Of a stretch of 64,000 nucleotides of DNA, positions 1 to 11,352 are shown piece by piece. Position 1 is the stretch's first letter. Each line of letters starts with the position of its first letter. Under the pieces are notes generated by a model. That model did no database searches, was not told the origin of the DNA, and saw only the letters and a program-made list of their open reading frames with translations. Origin of the DNA: Schizochytrium sp. TIO01 (taxonomy: Eukaryota > Protista > Bigyra: Labyrinthulomycetes); contig SMSO01000025.1 of NCBI GenBank assembly GCA_004764695.1, forward strand, positions 5,124,862-5,188,861. Reading direction: 5' to 3'. A program made the position numbers and the translations under genes.

Positions 1-1
1 C

Positions 2-3000
2 GATAGTGATGATTCTGAAAGACCAGGTGCTGTCCAGCTCATTGAACGGATTTTTGACTGCCTGGTGAAGATTCTCGAATTTGCTGAGAATTCATCTGTG
101 GACACTGCAAGCAAGTCTCGTAGTTTTGTTCTGGAGGTAGTGCGCTCTTTGCTTGCTGGTCTCTTAATGCTGTTTGAAGTCGCCGGAGATGATGAAGCTA
201 ACACCCAGGCTTCGGCAAAGCTTGCTGAGAAGCGTGTTGGCTCTCTTGAGCCTCTGGCAAAGATGCTTACACGGTATGCAGACGAAACCGAGATTGTTGA
301 CCTGTGTTTGCCGCTGCTGAGCTTAATTATTTCGGAACTTACAAAAAGCAATGCTGCTGCCATGAAAACCTTGGTTGATCAACAAGTCTTCACCCTCTTG
401 CAAAAGACATGCATTCAATACTCAGAAGCTTTTGGTCGCCGGTATGCTGATCGTCAGGGTCTCTACATATGGCTTGAGCGCAACGGTTTGAGCGACCTTA
501 GTGTCAAAGTTCTAAGCGCCACAACGCCCTCCAATGCTACCAAAGGCAATGAAGGGCTTGTTGCTTCTCTCTCTCAGAATAACGACGAAGGTGAGTACAG
601 CGGTGCCGCATCATCCACCGCTCTTGTAACAGCTGATACGTCCTCTTCACTTGCACTTACGACCGTTGATGAAGAAGATGCATCTGATTTTGAAGCAAAG
701 GAACAAGCGAAGCGTGATACGAAGCAAAAAGAGAATGAAACTCGCTTGCGCGAGATTGCTCGTCAGCTCGGTTACAAACATTACGAATTACGATCGAAAC
801 ACAGATCATCTCGAAATTACCGTGATCTTGTAGGATCAAAGGCATCTGGCTATTCCGATGAAGACGGATTAGTTGACATTAGTGTGATTCGTTTGTTTAT
901 GGACTTTGGTATTACGAGTGTCAACGAGTTGCGAACTCTCGACCACGCAGCATTGCAAGAGATGGGTATCTATAAGCCATCGGATCGCCGTCGTCTTTTA
1001 GATATTATTGACCAACGTGACGCATCCGGATTGACTGGAATTTCTTCTAAAAGGCAAACTGTAGGACCTACTTCAGGTCGGTCTGGGGATGAAAATGACG
1101 CCACAAAGCGTAAGCCTATCTCACGAAAGGTTGGTTTTGAGGCTGCTCAAGAACTCAAGCGCGGCCTCTTGCGGATCCAGATGATTCTCCACATTTTTAA
1201 CTCCGCAGTACTCGTGGACCAAACTACTGTGGGTGCTCACCTCGCACGCCTCAATGTTCTACGTGGTCTTGCTTCTGATCCGTTGCTTCGCTGTGTTGCT
1301 GGTGATAAGCCTTTTGCTTCAAGCATGGATAACCGTGATAACGCTGCATCGATTGCGTTCCGAGGTTACTCGGTGCAGGGGGAGCGCGACCCAGCCCATT
1401 TAGTATGGTGCGAAGCTTTGCAGCTCACTGCAAGTTTGCTAGAAAGCAATGAGAACAGTAAAGAAAACCGTAACGTTGAGCTTGCACTTGAATTTGTTGC
1501 AAACCACCGAGGTACGATCTTGGCTACATTACAAGCCTATAAACATGCAGATAGTGTCATGACACTTGGAGCACTCGATGAAGCTTTGCGCACAACTAAT
1601 CTTATGCGCGCTTTGTCCAAGCACGTTCAACGCTGGCGGCTCCACGGTGAATTGTATGCACCTTTATTGACTGCAGCTTGGACTATGCTTCATGAACTAG
1701 TTGTCGGTAGTGAAGGCGTCCGCCGTCCGTGCTTTTTGGAAGAGTTTGTGCGCACCTTCTTCACCGGTTCTAAGGCTGTCCCTCGCCTTTGTATTTGCAC
1801 TCGTCCTGTTACTCCACTTGAAATTGAGCAAGATCGTCAGCCTGTAATGGAGTCTCTGCAGCGCAAACCATTGGTTGGAACACCACGCGCGAGCATGGCT
1901 TTAATGCGTACAGCAAGCGTTGTGGAAGAACTTGAATCAGAACAGGAGGCTCCGGCTTCGTCTAGTAAGGGTGGCGTTGTGTCGCAACTTGATGATGGTG
2001 ATATTTCTGTACTCCATGTAACCATTGAGTATCGTATTTGTACCGTGGTGCAACAACTTCTTGCCCTCTTTCGCTCCAACCAAATTGTGAAGAAGCCGTG
2101 CCAGCTGCAGAGTGACGAACATTCTTCTCAAACGCTTCCAGTGCACGATTGGGGTAAGGCAATGATCCCGTTCCCCCTGGGTCAGGCTACGCTCAGGCAA
2201 ACCCAGCATCAGCACTATCATTATGAGGGGCGCCCTCGATCATATTCAGGGTCTGGCGATGCTAATTTCTACAGTCAAGGGTTGGGCGAAACAAACGACA
2301 TGGGATCTACGCCGAACATTGCGACTCTATTATCTTTGCTAGGTTACACCAAGTATAGATTGAACTTGGCAGCTAACATGGGTGGCAGCGGCTCCTCAGA
2401 GGATCTTCGTCATCCGAGATCTGAACGTTGGCAAAAGATGCTATCATACCTATCTACCAATGCTCTTTACCTTATGCTGAACTCCCTAGAGTTGTCCCTA
2501 CATGAACGTGAGCGCATCAAGGCTCAAGTTATTGACCGCCGTACGGAATCTATTGCAAGCTTTACGTTGAGTGAACATGTTTTTGACTATCTGCAAAAGA
2601 AGGCATGCGAAGGTAGTCAGAAAATCTGTCATTTCATGAACAAGCTCAACGGCAGCGAGCCCCGTAATTCAGAGATTGTGGATTTGCTCAGTGAAAGAAT
2701 TAAGGATACACTCCAACAATTCGATGTCCGTGCTGATGAGTCATTGTCTAGTGAGCGCAACTTGCAACCAACGATGGGACGGGAGATCCCCAATAATCAC
2801 AGCAAAACTCTGGCCCTCGTTGAGAAGCGCGGTCCATCGGAAATGGATAGCATCGTTGAATACCATTCAGAAAAACGCTTTCGGTTGGCGATGTCTCGTG
2901 AGGTCAGGATATCACACTATCCGACGCATGCTGTAGTCATCTGGATACCAGGCCCTCAGGATCACCCTGCATCTTGGGAGGCTATCTTCAGAGATTTTGG

Positions 3001-3764
3001 TATGCCACATGTTCATTTCATTATTCCCGACCTTTGCACAGAATCAGTTGACTCTAGCATTGCTCCTGGCCTAGATGAAACGCTTCTCCTGCCAGGTGGT
3101 TCGAAGGTCATTCAACGCGTGCTAGCTGAGGCAGCTGAGGAGATGAATCGCTTTCACGCGATGGAAAAGAAGGGCCCATCGAAGCAATCATCCAACTTGT
3201 CGTCATCTTCCTCTCAAGCTCGCGTGGCGTCAAGGAATTCTTTTCCTGCTCTCCGCGAGCTTTTCGCGCTGATCACCGCGCGGTACGAAGACCGTGATTT
3301 GGTTCTGGAGGCCGCCCGGTACGTGTGTGACATAGTTCGTGACCAAAGGGCACGAGATATTTCCCCCTGGAAAGATCTTGTTAGGTGGTTTCCAAACTGG
3401 TGGAAGTTTCGCTCTGCTTTGCGCGTTACTACTTGCTATAGATCCTGATCCAATTGTGGTTGGAGCGGTTTCTACGATCAACTCTTATCTCCCCTTGGCA
3501 AGCGAACTGTGTGACTCTCTTCTTCATTCTCTGTTGACGAAACCGCAGAATCAGAGGCTCCAGTTGCCAAAAATCATGATGCGCAACGGAGCTTTAGACA
3601 CTAATGTAAAACCTGAATTGGCCGAAGTGACTGCTCGCGCATTGCATGCAATTGGAGCAAGCGTTAACTTTGATACAGCTCAAAATTTGGATCACTCACA
3701 GTGGACACTGGATGAAATGAAGCTTGTGTGGGAATCCTTGTTACAGATTATGGAAACAAAATAG
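2..3764 (+). CDS. 5'-truncated Nup188-like nucleoporin with an inserted SAM domain and a C-terminal APT1/lysophospholipase-like alpha/beta hydrolase domain; one +1 frameshift at about 3359-3373
   Basis: The frame is open from base 2. ALEFVANHRGTILATL...TLGALDEALRTTNLMRALSKHVQRW resembles the Nup188 C-terminal region. SAM-like FMDFGITSVNELRTLDHAALQEMGIYKPSDRRRLLDII lies at about 884-1010. The hydrolase starts in frame (HAVVIWIPGPQDHPASW...HVHFIIP, about 2920-3030) and continues in ORF 3339..3764 (KILLGGFQTGG, NGALDTNV, NLDHS). Confidence 0.65.
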
Positions 3765-4231
3765 TGAAATGATGATGTGCACTCGTTCTCATAAGTATCA
3801 CAGTGATACATCATTTCAGCGCTATAAATCTGGTGAAATGTGGTATTGCTAGTAGTCTTTATAAGCACATTTATTGTGTGCATGGAGCATGCAGGTCGTG
3901 TGCGTTTCTTTCATTTCCTGGGAATGCTGGAACGCCCTGACATTATATCTCTGTAATAGCGTGCTTTCTTATACATTTAGCTAGGAACTAGAAAATTGAG
4001 CGATGCAAATCTTTAGTGCATGCTTCTATGATTTTAAATGTCATAAACGTTTTCTATTTTTATTTTAGTTTTGAACTTAAACCCTGGCTTACTTATCTTA
4101 TATTGAAGAAGAGAATATAAATTCATTGGTTCCTCCCTACTATACCGAGACCTGTGTTATTGGTCTGCTTTGCTGGGTATTTTTAAGACCTTTTTAACAA
4201 CTTAATTCTATAAAGATTGAAGGCTCTGTTA

Positions 4232-5518
4232 CTAAGGTTCTGATCTAGTAGCGGTAATCTGGGGTACCATGATTTTACATTCTTTCCTTGGAGGATTGTG
4301 TATACTATTTGTTGAATGAGAGCATTCGCAAAGATTAGCCTGCCGTCCCTGCTTTACTGATACTGTGACTTGATCCATCATTTGCGAATACGATGTATAA
4401 AGACGCCCAATCTCTGGTGGGCCACTAGATGCCGAAGTATATTTTGTAGGAGGTAGCGTTGTGAGATGTTTCACCGCTTTGGTAAGTGTTATTCCGGCGA
4501 GGAATTGAGAAAACCCTGCATCTAAAAAGCTTGCCAAGTCTCCTAGAAGGCTGTCACTATCTTCAGATATACTTGTGCTCTGATCGCAGCGCCCGCAATT
4601 GTAAAGCGTTGTAGGCTCTACTGCCGTATTTATAGTTGTGTAGTCATGAACTCCTCCTCTCAAGCCCCGCGTCGCGTCTGCGAAAATGGTTGTGTCAATT
4701 AGTGGTGTTGAGTGACTTACACACCACGAATTAACAAGCCATCTTGTTTTTGTATCCTTTAAGCAACAAATAACCAGATCAACTCTTTTGCGCTCTAAGT
4801 CACCACACAGGCTATCGAGAGCATGGTCTGAGACAGATTCGGTCATTGATAAAACATTTGCTTCAGAAGAAAGATTCTGAATTATACTTCGAGCTGCAAC
4901 AGATTTTGGCCAGCCAACATGCTTTCGCTTATATGTAGTGTACTTGATACAATCATCATCAATAACTTCATTGTCTATAATCCCAATGTTGCCTAATCCA
5001 GCACGAGCAAGACCGTCGACAATATAAGATCCAACAGCGCCTGCTCCCACAACAATCACTGCGTTGTTCCCGAGAGGCATGTGCTTGGGCACCGAAAACG
5101 CTGCATTTGACTTGGCCAACTTGCGCCCAACAAATTTCTTCAGCTTTGGGCACTCCAACTGCGTTTGCGCTCGCTGAAGCTGCGGTCCATCGCGACTCAA
5201 GCGCACAGCATTCTGCAATTCTAAGACCTTCGCTTCGAGTCGTTGCACCCAACTCAGAACGTTGTCTCCCTCAGCAATGTCAAACTTTGATCGTTGTCGT
5301 TCAATTGCAGCCTTTCGCGATTCCTTTTCTTCACTATCATTTTCATTTGCACTTTTTGGACTTATCACCTGCTGCTGCTTGGGCTTGTCTCCATTGTAAC
5401 TATTGAGATCGCCAACGATATCCTGATCTTCTTCAAGGTCTTCATCGGACTCTTCTGCGCTTGCTCCTCCCCGTCCAGATTCGTGAGAGTTTTCTTGCAC
5501 CACATCCAATGACATCAT
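4232..5518 (-). CDS. ThiF/MoeB/UBA5-like E1-fold protein with acidic and coiled-coil N-terminus
   Basis: Rossmann motif VIVVGAGAVGSYIVDGLARAGLGNIGIID, plus VGWPKSVAA, VDLVICC..D...RWLVNSWC and CGRC. First ATG is at 5518. Confidence 0.75.
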   Translation of the reverse strand: MMSLDVVQENSHESGRGGASAEESDEDLEEDQDIVGDLNSYNGDKPKQQQVISPKSANENDSEEKESRKAAIERQRSKFDIAEGDNVLSWVQRLEAKVLELQNAVRLSRDGPQLQRAQTQLECPKLKKFVGRKLAKSNAAFSVPKHMPLGNNAVIVVGAGAVGSYIVDGLARAGLGNIGIIDNEVIDDDCIKYTTYKRKHVGWPKSVAARSIIQNLSSEANVLSMTESVSDHALDSLCGDLERKRVDLVICCLKDTKTRWLVNSWCVSHSTPLIDTTIFADATRGLRGGVHDYTTINTAVEPTTLYNCGRCDQSTSISEDSDSLLGDLASFLDAGFSQFLAGITLTKAVKHLTTLPPTKYTSASSGPPEIGRLYTSYSQMMDQVTVSVKQGRQANLCECSHSTNSIHNPPRKECKIMVPQITATRSEP

Positions 5519-6103
5519 GAGTGAAGCTCCTTTCCTATGGCAATCTCTCTTCAGCAAGTTTTGCTTCTGCCATTCCGCATAACTCCCTGCTCACCTCATC
5601 ATCTCAGTTCTGCACTTCCTCAACAGCATCTCCGCAATACATTACCTGATCTTAGGAATTTGCCTATATAGATGCGCCACATGTCCCATTCACTCTAACC
5701 CAAGTTTAATACCTACATTAGCCTCATGCAAGAAACCAAGCAGGCTTCTCAAATTCATCAAACCCTTTCACTTCAAGCCCACTTCGATCGTCTTGTGCAT
5801 CTTGCACCTCGCTTGCGAGGCATTGAGCGCACGACGAGACAGGGAAAACGAGCGCACGAGCAAAATTAAAAGGGCCTAAAAAGGGGCCCAACGACTCCTT
5901 TAAGGTGGCTGGAGACCTTTTATTTAAGGAGGCAGCGCTGGTGGACGTAATGAGAGAGAAAGAACTTGGTTGGAGACAGTGGATCGATGTTGATTTATTA
6001 GGAAGTGACTTAGGTCGCTTGAGATTGCTCGACTAATCACCGTATTTGGCTTGCTGCTCGTGACGCTCCGCAGAGTCCGCTCGGAACCGTCTCGCTCAGC
6101 ACC

Positions 6104-6696
6104 ATGCACCTCATGTACTACCTCGACGAGGAAGGCAAGCGTGTCTACACGCTCAAGGTAGGTTAGCTTCGGAGCTCATTTCTGAGATGGAGGCGTCGAT
6201 TCATCATCGTCTGATCTGATCATCTCAGGCACCACGACAGGGGTACTCTCTCGCTTGTGGCAGTTCGTTTATAACTTGCCCGGACTCGCGGGCTGGGAAA
6301 TGGGTACTGGATGCGACCTGAAAAATGGTGTTTGGGGATGAGGACTAGCGTTGAATTCATCAAGACCGACCAAAAATCATGTTTTTGTGAATGGATGCGT
6401 CAGACTTTGTGGTTGTGCGGGAAGGGAGGTACAGATGTACTAAGGATGAACAATTATTTTGAGTAAGGAGGATTGAGACTGACGATGATGCTTGAATGCG
6501 TAAATGAACATCTTTTCATGCTTGCGATCATTATTTCTGCTTTTTGTATTAACAGAAGGAGACCCCGACTGGTGAGCCCACCGAGTCTGCCCACCCGGCT
6601 CGCTTCAGCCCCGACGACAAGATGTCCCGCCAGCGTATTACTCTCAAGCAGCGCTACGGCCTCTTGCCCTCCCAGATGCCTGCCCCCAAAGTGTAA
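6104..6696 (+). CDS. NOP10: H/ACA snoRNP subunit Nop10, two exons (6104-6157, 6556-6696); not in the ORF track
   Basis: The spliced product is [18 protein letters not shown]|[46 protein letters not shown], with the [12 protein letters not shown] signature. Intron GTAGGT...TTAACAG at 6158-6555. Confidence 0.96.
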
Positions 6697-7018
6697 TAGA
6701 TAAAAACAGACAACGCTACCCATACCAATATTTCTCTTGTTTTTGTTTAGTTTTTTTATTCTTTCTTGCTTTATTCATTCAATATGGTTGCCGATTTGCA
6801 CATGATTGAATCCACGCCGATTGCATGGAATTTTGACTTTCAATGGGTCATTTAATATTAAGGAACTCTTCAGTGACGCATATCTCAACATTGCGTGTCC
6901 CTGCGAATATGATACGGCCCAGATCTGAAAGTCATAAGGAAAGGATCTTAGCATTGTGTTATGCTGTGACTTAAGCGATAGAGGAATCGAAATGGCGATG
7001 ACTACTTCACATTCTCTT

Positions 7019-8482
7019 TTACTCTGTATAGTCATCGTCATCATCATCGTCAATAATCTCGACAGGTTCATCAACCTCATCAGCGGGGCTGTCATCTCCA
7101 TCCTTATTATTAGCGTCCTCATTGTCATCGTCGTCATCGTCATCATCGTTGCTGTCATCGACGTGCAAAGCCTTCAAAGCGGATTGTGCTGCAGAGCGGC
7201 GTGAGACCTGTCGACGCTCTGGAGTAGCGACCGGCCCAGAGTCTTCACTATCATCATCATTGTCATCTTCATCCTCGCTTTCCTCACTCACATAATTAGT
7301 TCCGGCAGATGCTCTGCGTCTCCTACTGGCCATACTCTCAGAAGCGGCCTCAGATTTCGCGTCATCCTGCACAACTGAGGACAACGTACGTGACTTGTAT
7401 GACTGGCCAAACAGTTTGGGGTCGTTCCAATCAATCATCTCTGTAGGCTGTCTTGTTGAAGTAGTGGTGTTTCTTCCAGCAGTGTCAACCCATTCATACG
7501 AGGTGAACACAACCACTTCCTCATAGTCGGCATCCAAGGTGACACCCTGCTTTTCCCGTTCATCGAAGTTCACAAGAAGATACGAGCTCTCCGGAGAAAC
7601 TAAGGAGCCATACATTTTCAGAGTTCGCTTTTCTTCTGGGAAATCAATATTCAGAATAGGTTCGTTCGATGCAAAGTTTTCAATGGTTCCACACGTACCA
7701 ATTCCCTGTAGTGATATTTGTCCAGGCAGAACAAAAAGACGCTGGTGCTTGCGACGCAAGCCCTGGCTAACCTTGAACTCACGATCGGTACAGCTAGCCA
7801 CAGCGATGGGGAGCGACATCCCCTGCTCTGCGGGTACTTCCTTTCGCTCTCTGCTAATCATAGACAACCGCGTGCCCTGTTTAACACCCTCTACCTGGAT
7901 CTTAGCAGCTTCCAAGTCGGCTTTTGTCGCAACTACTTTTACAGCAGCGGTGCCAGTGGTATTTTTACTTGCCTTGGCCTTTGGAGCTTTTGCTTTTGTA
8001 GTGGCACCTGTTGAGGCAGTCGCGCCTGTGCCAAAGAAGTCTGATGCCGATTTTGCCCCTGTCGCAGTCTTTTGTTTTTTGGCTGCAGGCTTCTTGGCCG
8101 TGGATTTAGGCTTCTCAGTCTTGCCTTTAGTGGCTTTAGGCCGCTTCGGGGTCGGCGTTGATTTTGCAGCAGCTGCTCCTTTCTTGGAATTCTTTTTTGT
8201 CGGAAGTGCAATCTCGATATCGCTATCTAAATCACTACTCGACCCACCCATGCCGCCATCATCCATATTGAAGTCTTCATCATCATCACTATCGCTGGCG
8301 GCAGCTTTCTTACGCTTCTTGGGGGTACTTGCAGGCTTCGCTGGTTTTTTGCGTGCTGACGATGGCTTCGTGCTCTTCTTAGGCTCGTCGCCAAAATCTT
8401 CATCGTCATCACCATCGCTCTCGCCACTTAGGCCCTCCTCGCGGTAGTTCACTGAAGATCTCGCACGACCTCCTCGAGCCAT
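7019..8482 (-). CDS. RHL1: RHL1-like (topoisomerase VI accessory) DNA-binding protein
   Basis: Core RLFVLPGQIS...GTIENFASNEPILNIDFPEEKRTLKMYGSLVSPESSYLLVNF...DYEEVVVFTSYEWV parallels the plant RHL1 core as I recall it (FLFSFPGL...NPVLYLNFPQGRMKLFGTILYPKNRYL...MIVFSESWW). Lys-rich and acidic tails flank it. Confidence 0.75.
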   Translation of the reverse strand: MARGGRARSSVNYREEGLSGESDGDDDEDFGDEPKKSTKPSSARKKPAKPASTPKKRKKAAASDSDDDEDFNMDDGGMGGSSSDLDSDIEIALPTKKNSKKGAAAAKSTPTPKRPKATKGKTEKPKSTAKKPAAKKQKTATGAKSASDFFGTGATASTGATTKAKAPKAKASKNTTGTAAVKVVATKADLEAAKIQVEGVKQGTRLSMISRERKEVPAEQGMSLPIAVASCTDREFKVSQGLRRKHQRLFVLPGQISLQGIGTCGTIENFASNEPILNIDFPEEKRTLKMYGSLVSPESSYLLVNFDEREKQGVTLDADYEEVVVFTSYEWVDTAGRNTTTSTRQPTEMIDWNDPKLFGQSYKSRTLSSVVQDDAKSEAASESMASRRRRASAGTNYVSEESEDEDDNDDDSEDSGPVATPERRQVSRRSAAQSALKALHVDDSNDDDDDDDDNEDANNKDGDDSPADEVDEPVEIIDDDDDDDYTE

Positions 8483-9080
8483 CTTTGCTGCCCCACAAGC
8501 TTACTAGAACCCAGACAGCCTATGCAAAGCAGCGCAAGCTCGCTCGAACTCGATGGTTGAGTTCCCGTTTGGGGTTTACTTGCCCTCCTAGTTAGCTCTC
8601 TTAATATTCTTTACTCTAAGCAAGGTTGACTTTGCCTATCTTTCATAACGACGGCCAAAGCGAAAGGGAATAAATAACCAAGTTAGACAACCCGCAGCCG
8701 ATTACAATCGACTGTAGAATCCTCGCCGAGAGTTAAGCTCGCTGGCAGCAGAGAAGGCTAAGGCGAAACCGGGTGAAAACCTAGGTGCAAAGTTGGCTTG
8801 GATTAAGAGCAAGAGGGTGGTTTGACGGCTGAGGATAGTTAAGGACACAAGATTGTGGATTTGTTGAAAAAGGGCAACTTTGAGGTGTGGAGCAACTAAG
8901 GTTGAGAACGGTGTCACCAAGTTAAGATAGATTGAAATCAAGCAAGCTGTAGAGATATTGAGGTTATTCACGTTAGTAAGGTAGTAAAAGGTTATACGTG
9001 GAAGAGCTGTGAAATAGTGCACTAAAAGGGTACGGAAGGAAAGGAGTATTTGAGAGCGCCGCCCGCTTGAGAGCGCAACT

Positions 9081-11030
9081 ATGGATCCAGACTTGCTGGC
9101 TAAAATTGCAGGTGATACTAGTCTCGCGGAAAAGCTAGCAGGGTTCCTTGGTACGAAACCCGCAGAGGAAAAAACTACCAAGGTGGAAGAGCAGAAACCA
9201 GTATCTCGAGCAAAAGTGCTGCAAACTGCAAAGCAAACTGAATCGGCAGGTGATAAATCGAATGTGCCTCAGCTGAAGAAACAAATTTGCAGGAGCGTTT
9301 TAGACCCACAAAGACTATTTTCCTTGACAAATAAGGGTTTCGGTTGGTGTGTCGTGGATGGTGCACTAGAGACCAATGACTGCGATGCACTCTGTGCTGC
9401 GATTCGTGATCGAGGCCCAGGTGACCTTCGTGAAGCTCAGATGGGTGCGCAGAAACAATGGAAAGATGATTCATTTAGATCGGATCATATCGCATGGATT
9501 ACAGCTGCCTGGGACCGAAATACAATGTTCTCAGCAGCATTCCGTGTCTTAAAGGAACTTCAGGCTCAGTTACGCAATTATTTCCCTCTGTCAGACCGAG
9601 TTAGTATTCAGCTAGCGTATTACCCGGCTGGTTCGCGGGGTTATGTAAAGCATCGCGATACAGAGCGCCAGGGAGAGGAAACGAGGATGATAACTGCCCT
9701 CCTCTACTTAAACCCAGGGTGGGATTCAACAAAAAATGGAGGTGAACTTCGTATTTATTCTCCAAATGAAGAAGACCCGCATGATGTTGAACCATCAGCG
9801 AACAAGTTATTGGTCTTTCAATCGCATCTAGAACATGAAGTTCTTGGGTCTCGAGATCGCCCTCGATGGGCAATTACGTGCTGGTTTTATGGTATTGAAT
9901 CCACTTCCACCAAAGTAGAAACTGCCACCGATACACCTTTGCAATCCCTAGGTTTGGTGTCTGCAAGTTCATCTACAGCTAAAATTTTTGTAGCTATACC
10001 TAGCTACCGTGATCCTCTATGTGCCAGAACAGTAATCTCCTTGTTGTCCTGTGCAGATCATCCAGATACTATTCGTGTTGGAATCTGCTGGCAAAATGAG
10101 ATTGGCGCAGCAAGCGAATTCTATGGTTCAAGCGAGCACGAACAAGCTCAGTTTATTGAGTATATAAAGAATGGTCAGGTCCGCGTAATCTCGCTTCCTT
10201 CTTCTGAGGCAACTGGCCCTTGTACTGCCCGCGCCTTAATTCACAAGACTTTGTACTGTGATGAAAATTTCGTGCTCAATGTTGATTCGCACATGCAATT
10301 TTTGCAGAGTTGGGACACTACTCTAATCAATTTACTGCATCAGGCAGAATCACAGTCTACCTTTGGGAAGGCTGTCATTTCGACTTATCCGGCTGGCTTC
10401 GAATTTGACTCCAATACAAACACTGTTTCTCTTCCGCACAAAGAGCTAAGTCTTACTTCATTGCACATTTTGACGGCCCCAATTCTCAAAGCCAGCCATT
10501 TTGATGATGAGGATTGCACGCTGCGCATCAAGGCCTCGCGTGGCGGCTGGAAAAGCTTTGCAACAGTGAACGCTGATACGAATTCTCAAGAGCCAAATTC
10601 CCAGTCAGGAGATGCCAACTTGGTGGTCAAGTCGCAGTTGCTTGCAGGTGGTTTTAACTTCTCTCGTGCCGAGACTATGATCTCTACCGTTCCGTACATC
10701 AACGTCCCTCATCTTTTCTTCGGTGAAGAATCTGCTATGGCCGCTATGTTGTACACACATGGTTTTGACCTTTTCTGCCCTCTTAAGGATGAGGTAGTCT
10801 TTCACTTGTGGAGCCGAGCGCATAGACAAACCTTCAAAAGCCCTCCACTTGCAAGACTCGAGGCTTCGAGAGCCGTCGCGAACGCCCTGGAAGAGGCGTC
10901 AGGTCACTCTACGTTGCTCCGAGTTGGCTCGCGCCGCTCCATGGCCGCCTGGGAAGCGGAAATTGGTGTCGATTTTAGATTGCGCAAGATCCAACCGTCA
11001 GTCGAGAGCGACTCTACCACGCAACCCTGA
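9081..11030 (+). CDS. Bifunctional Skp1-type prolyl 4-hydroxylase (PhyA/EGLN-like 2OG-Fe(II)) plus GT60 GlcNAc-transferase (Gnt1-like)
   Basis: N-half: RSDHIAW, YPAGSRGYVKHRD, RMITALLYLN..W....GGELRIY, HEV, RWAITCWF. C-half: IFVAIPSYRDPLC, GPCTAR, VDSHMQF, FFGEE, LYTHGFDLF.P, FHLW.R. Confidence 0.88.
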   Translation: MDPDLLAKIAGDTSLAEKLAGFLGTKPAEEKTTKVEEQKPVSRAKVLQTAKQTESAGDKSNVPQLKKQICRSVLDPQRLFSLTNKGFGWCVVDGALETNDCDALCAAIRDRGPGDLREAQMGAQKQWKDDSFRSDHIAWITAAWDRNTMFSAAFRVLKELQAQLRNYFPLSDRVSIQLAYYPAGSRGYVKHRDTERQGEETRMITALLYLNPGWDSTKNGGELRIYSPNEEDPHDVEPSANKLLVFQSHLEHEVLGSRDRPRWAITCWFYGIESTSTKVETATDTPLQSLGLVSASSSTAKIFVAIPSYRDPLCARTVISLLSCADHPDTIRVGICWQNEIGAASEFYGSSEHEQAQFIEYIKNGQVRVISLPSSEATGPCTARALIHKTLYCDENFVLNVDSHMQFLQSWDTTLINLLHQAESQSTFGKAVISTYPAGFEFDSNTNTVSLPHKELSLTSLHILTAPILKASHFDDEDCTLRIKASRGGWKSFATVNADTNSQEPNSQSGDANLVVKSQLLAGGFNFSRAETMISTVPYINVPHLFFGEESAMAAMLYTHGFDLFCPLKDEVVFHLWSRAHRQTFKSPPLARLEASRAVANALEEASGHSTLLRVGSRRSMAAWEAEIGVDFRLRKIQPSVESDSTTQP

Positions 11031-11352
11031 GGTATTCGTTGGCGGGCACCAGGGCACACGGCGTGTTCGAGCTTAGCCTGAAGCCGCGATTTGCCAAATA
11101 GCCTAAGTTACTGACTTTAGCTTACCGAGAGCAAGCAAGATCTTCCGCCCAGTCTTTAGTTTTTTGGGCCTGTTGACACGTGTTTCTAATATATCATATT
11201 GTGGGCAAAACCCAAATTTGAAGGTGAAAGAGATAGACAGCTATCACGGTCAAGGTTGGGGAGATACTGTGGAGGAGTCAACAAGTCAGCACCTGAGCTG
11301 GAAAATTTAGGGATATTGTCTGGGATATTTACAGAGTGTTGCCAACTAAAAG

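Noticed and set aside
6158-6555. Intronic snoRNA in NOP10
   Set aside because: No convincing C/D or H/ACA box arrangement with terminal stems was found by eye.
7539-8447. 302-aa + strand ORF and similar antisense ORFs (38805..39494, 33932..34777, 52868..53464, 54564..54896)
   Set aside because: They are mirror frames of well-supported genes or of repeats.
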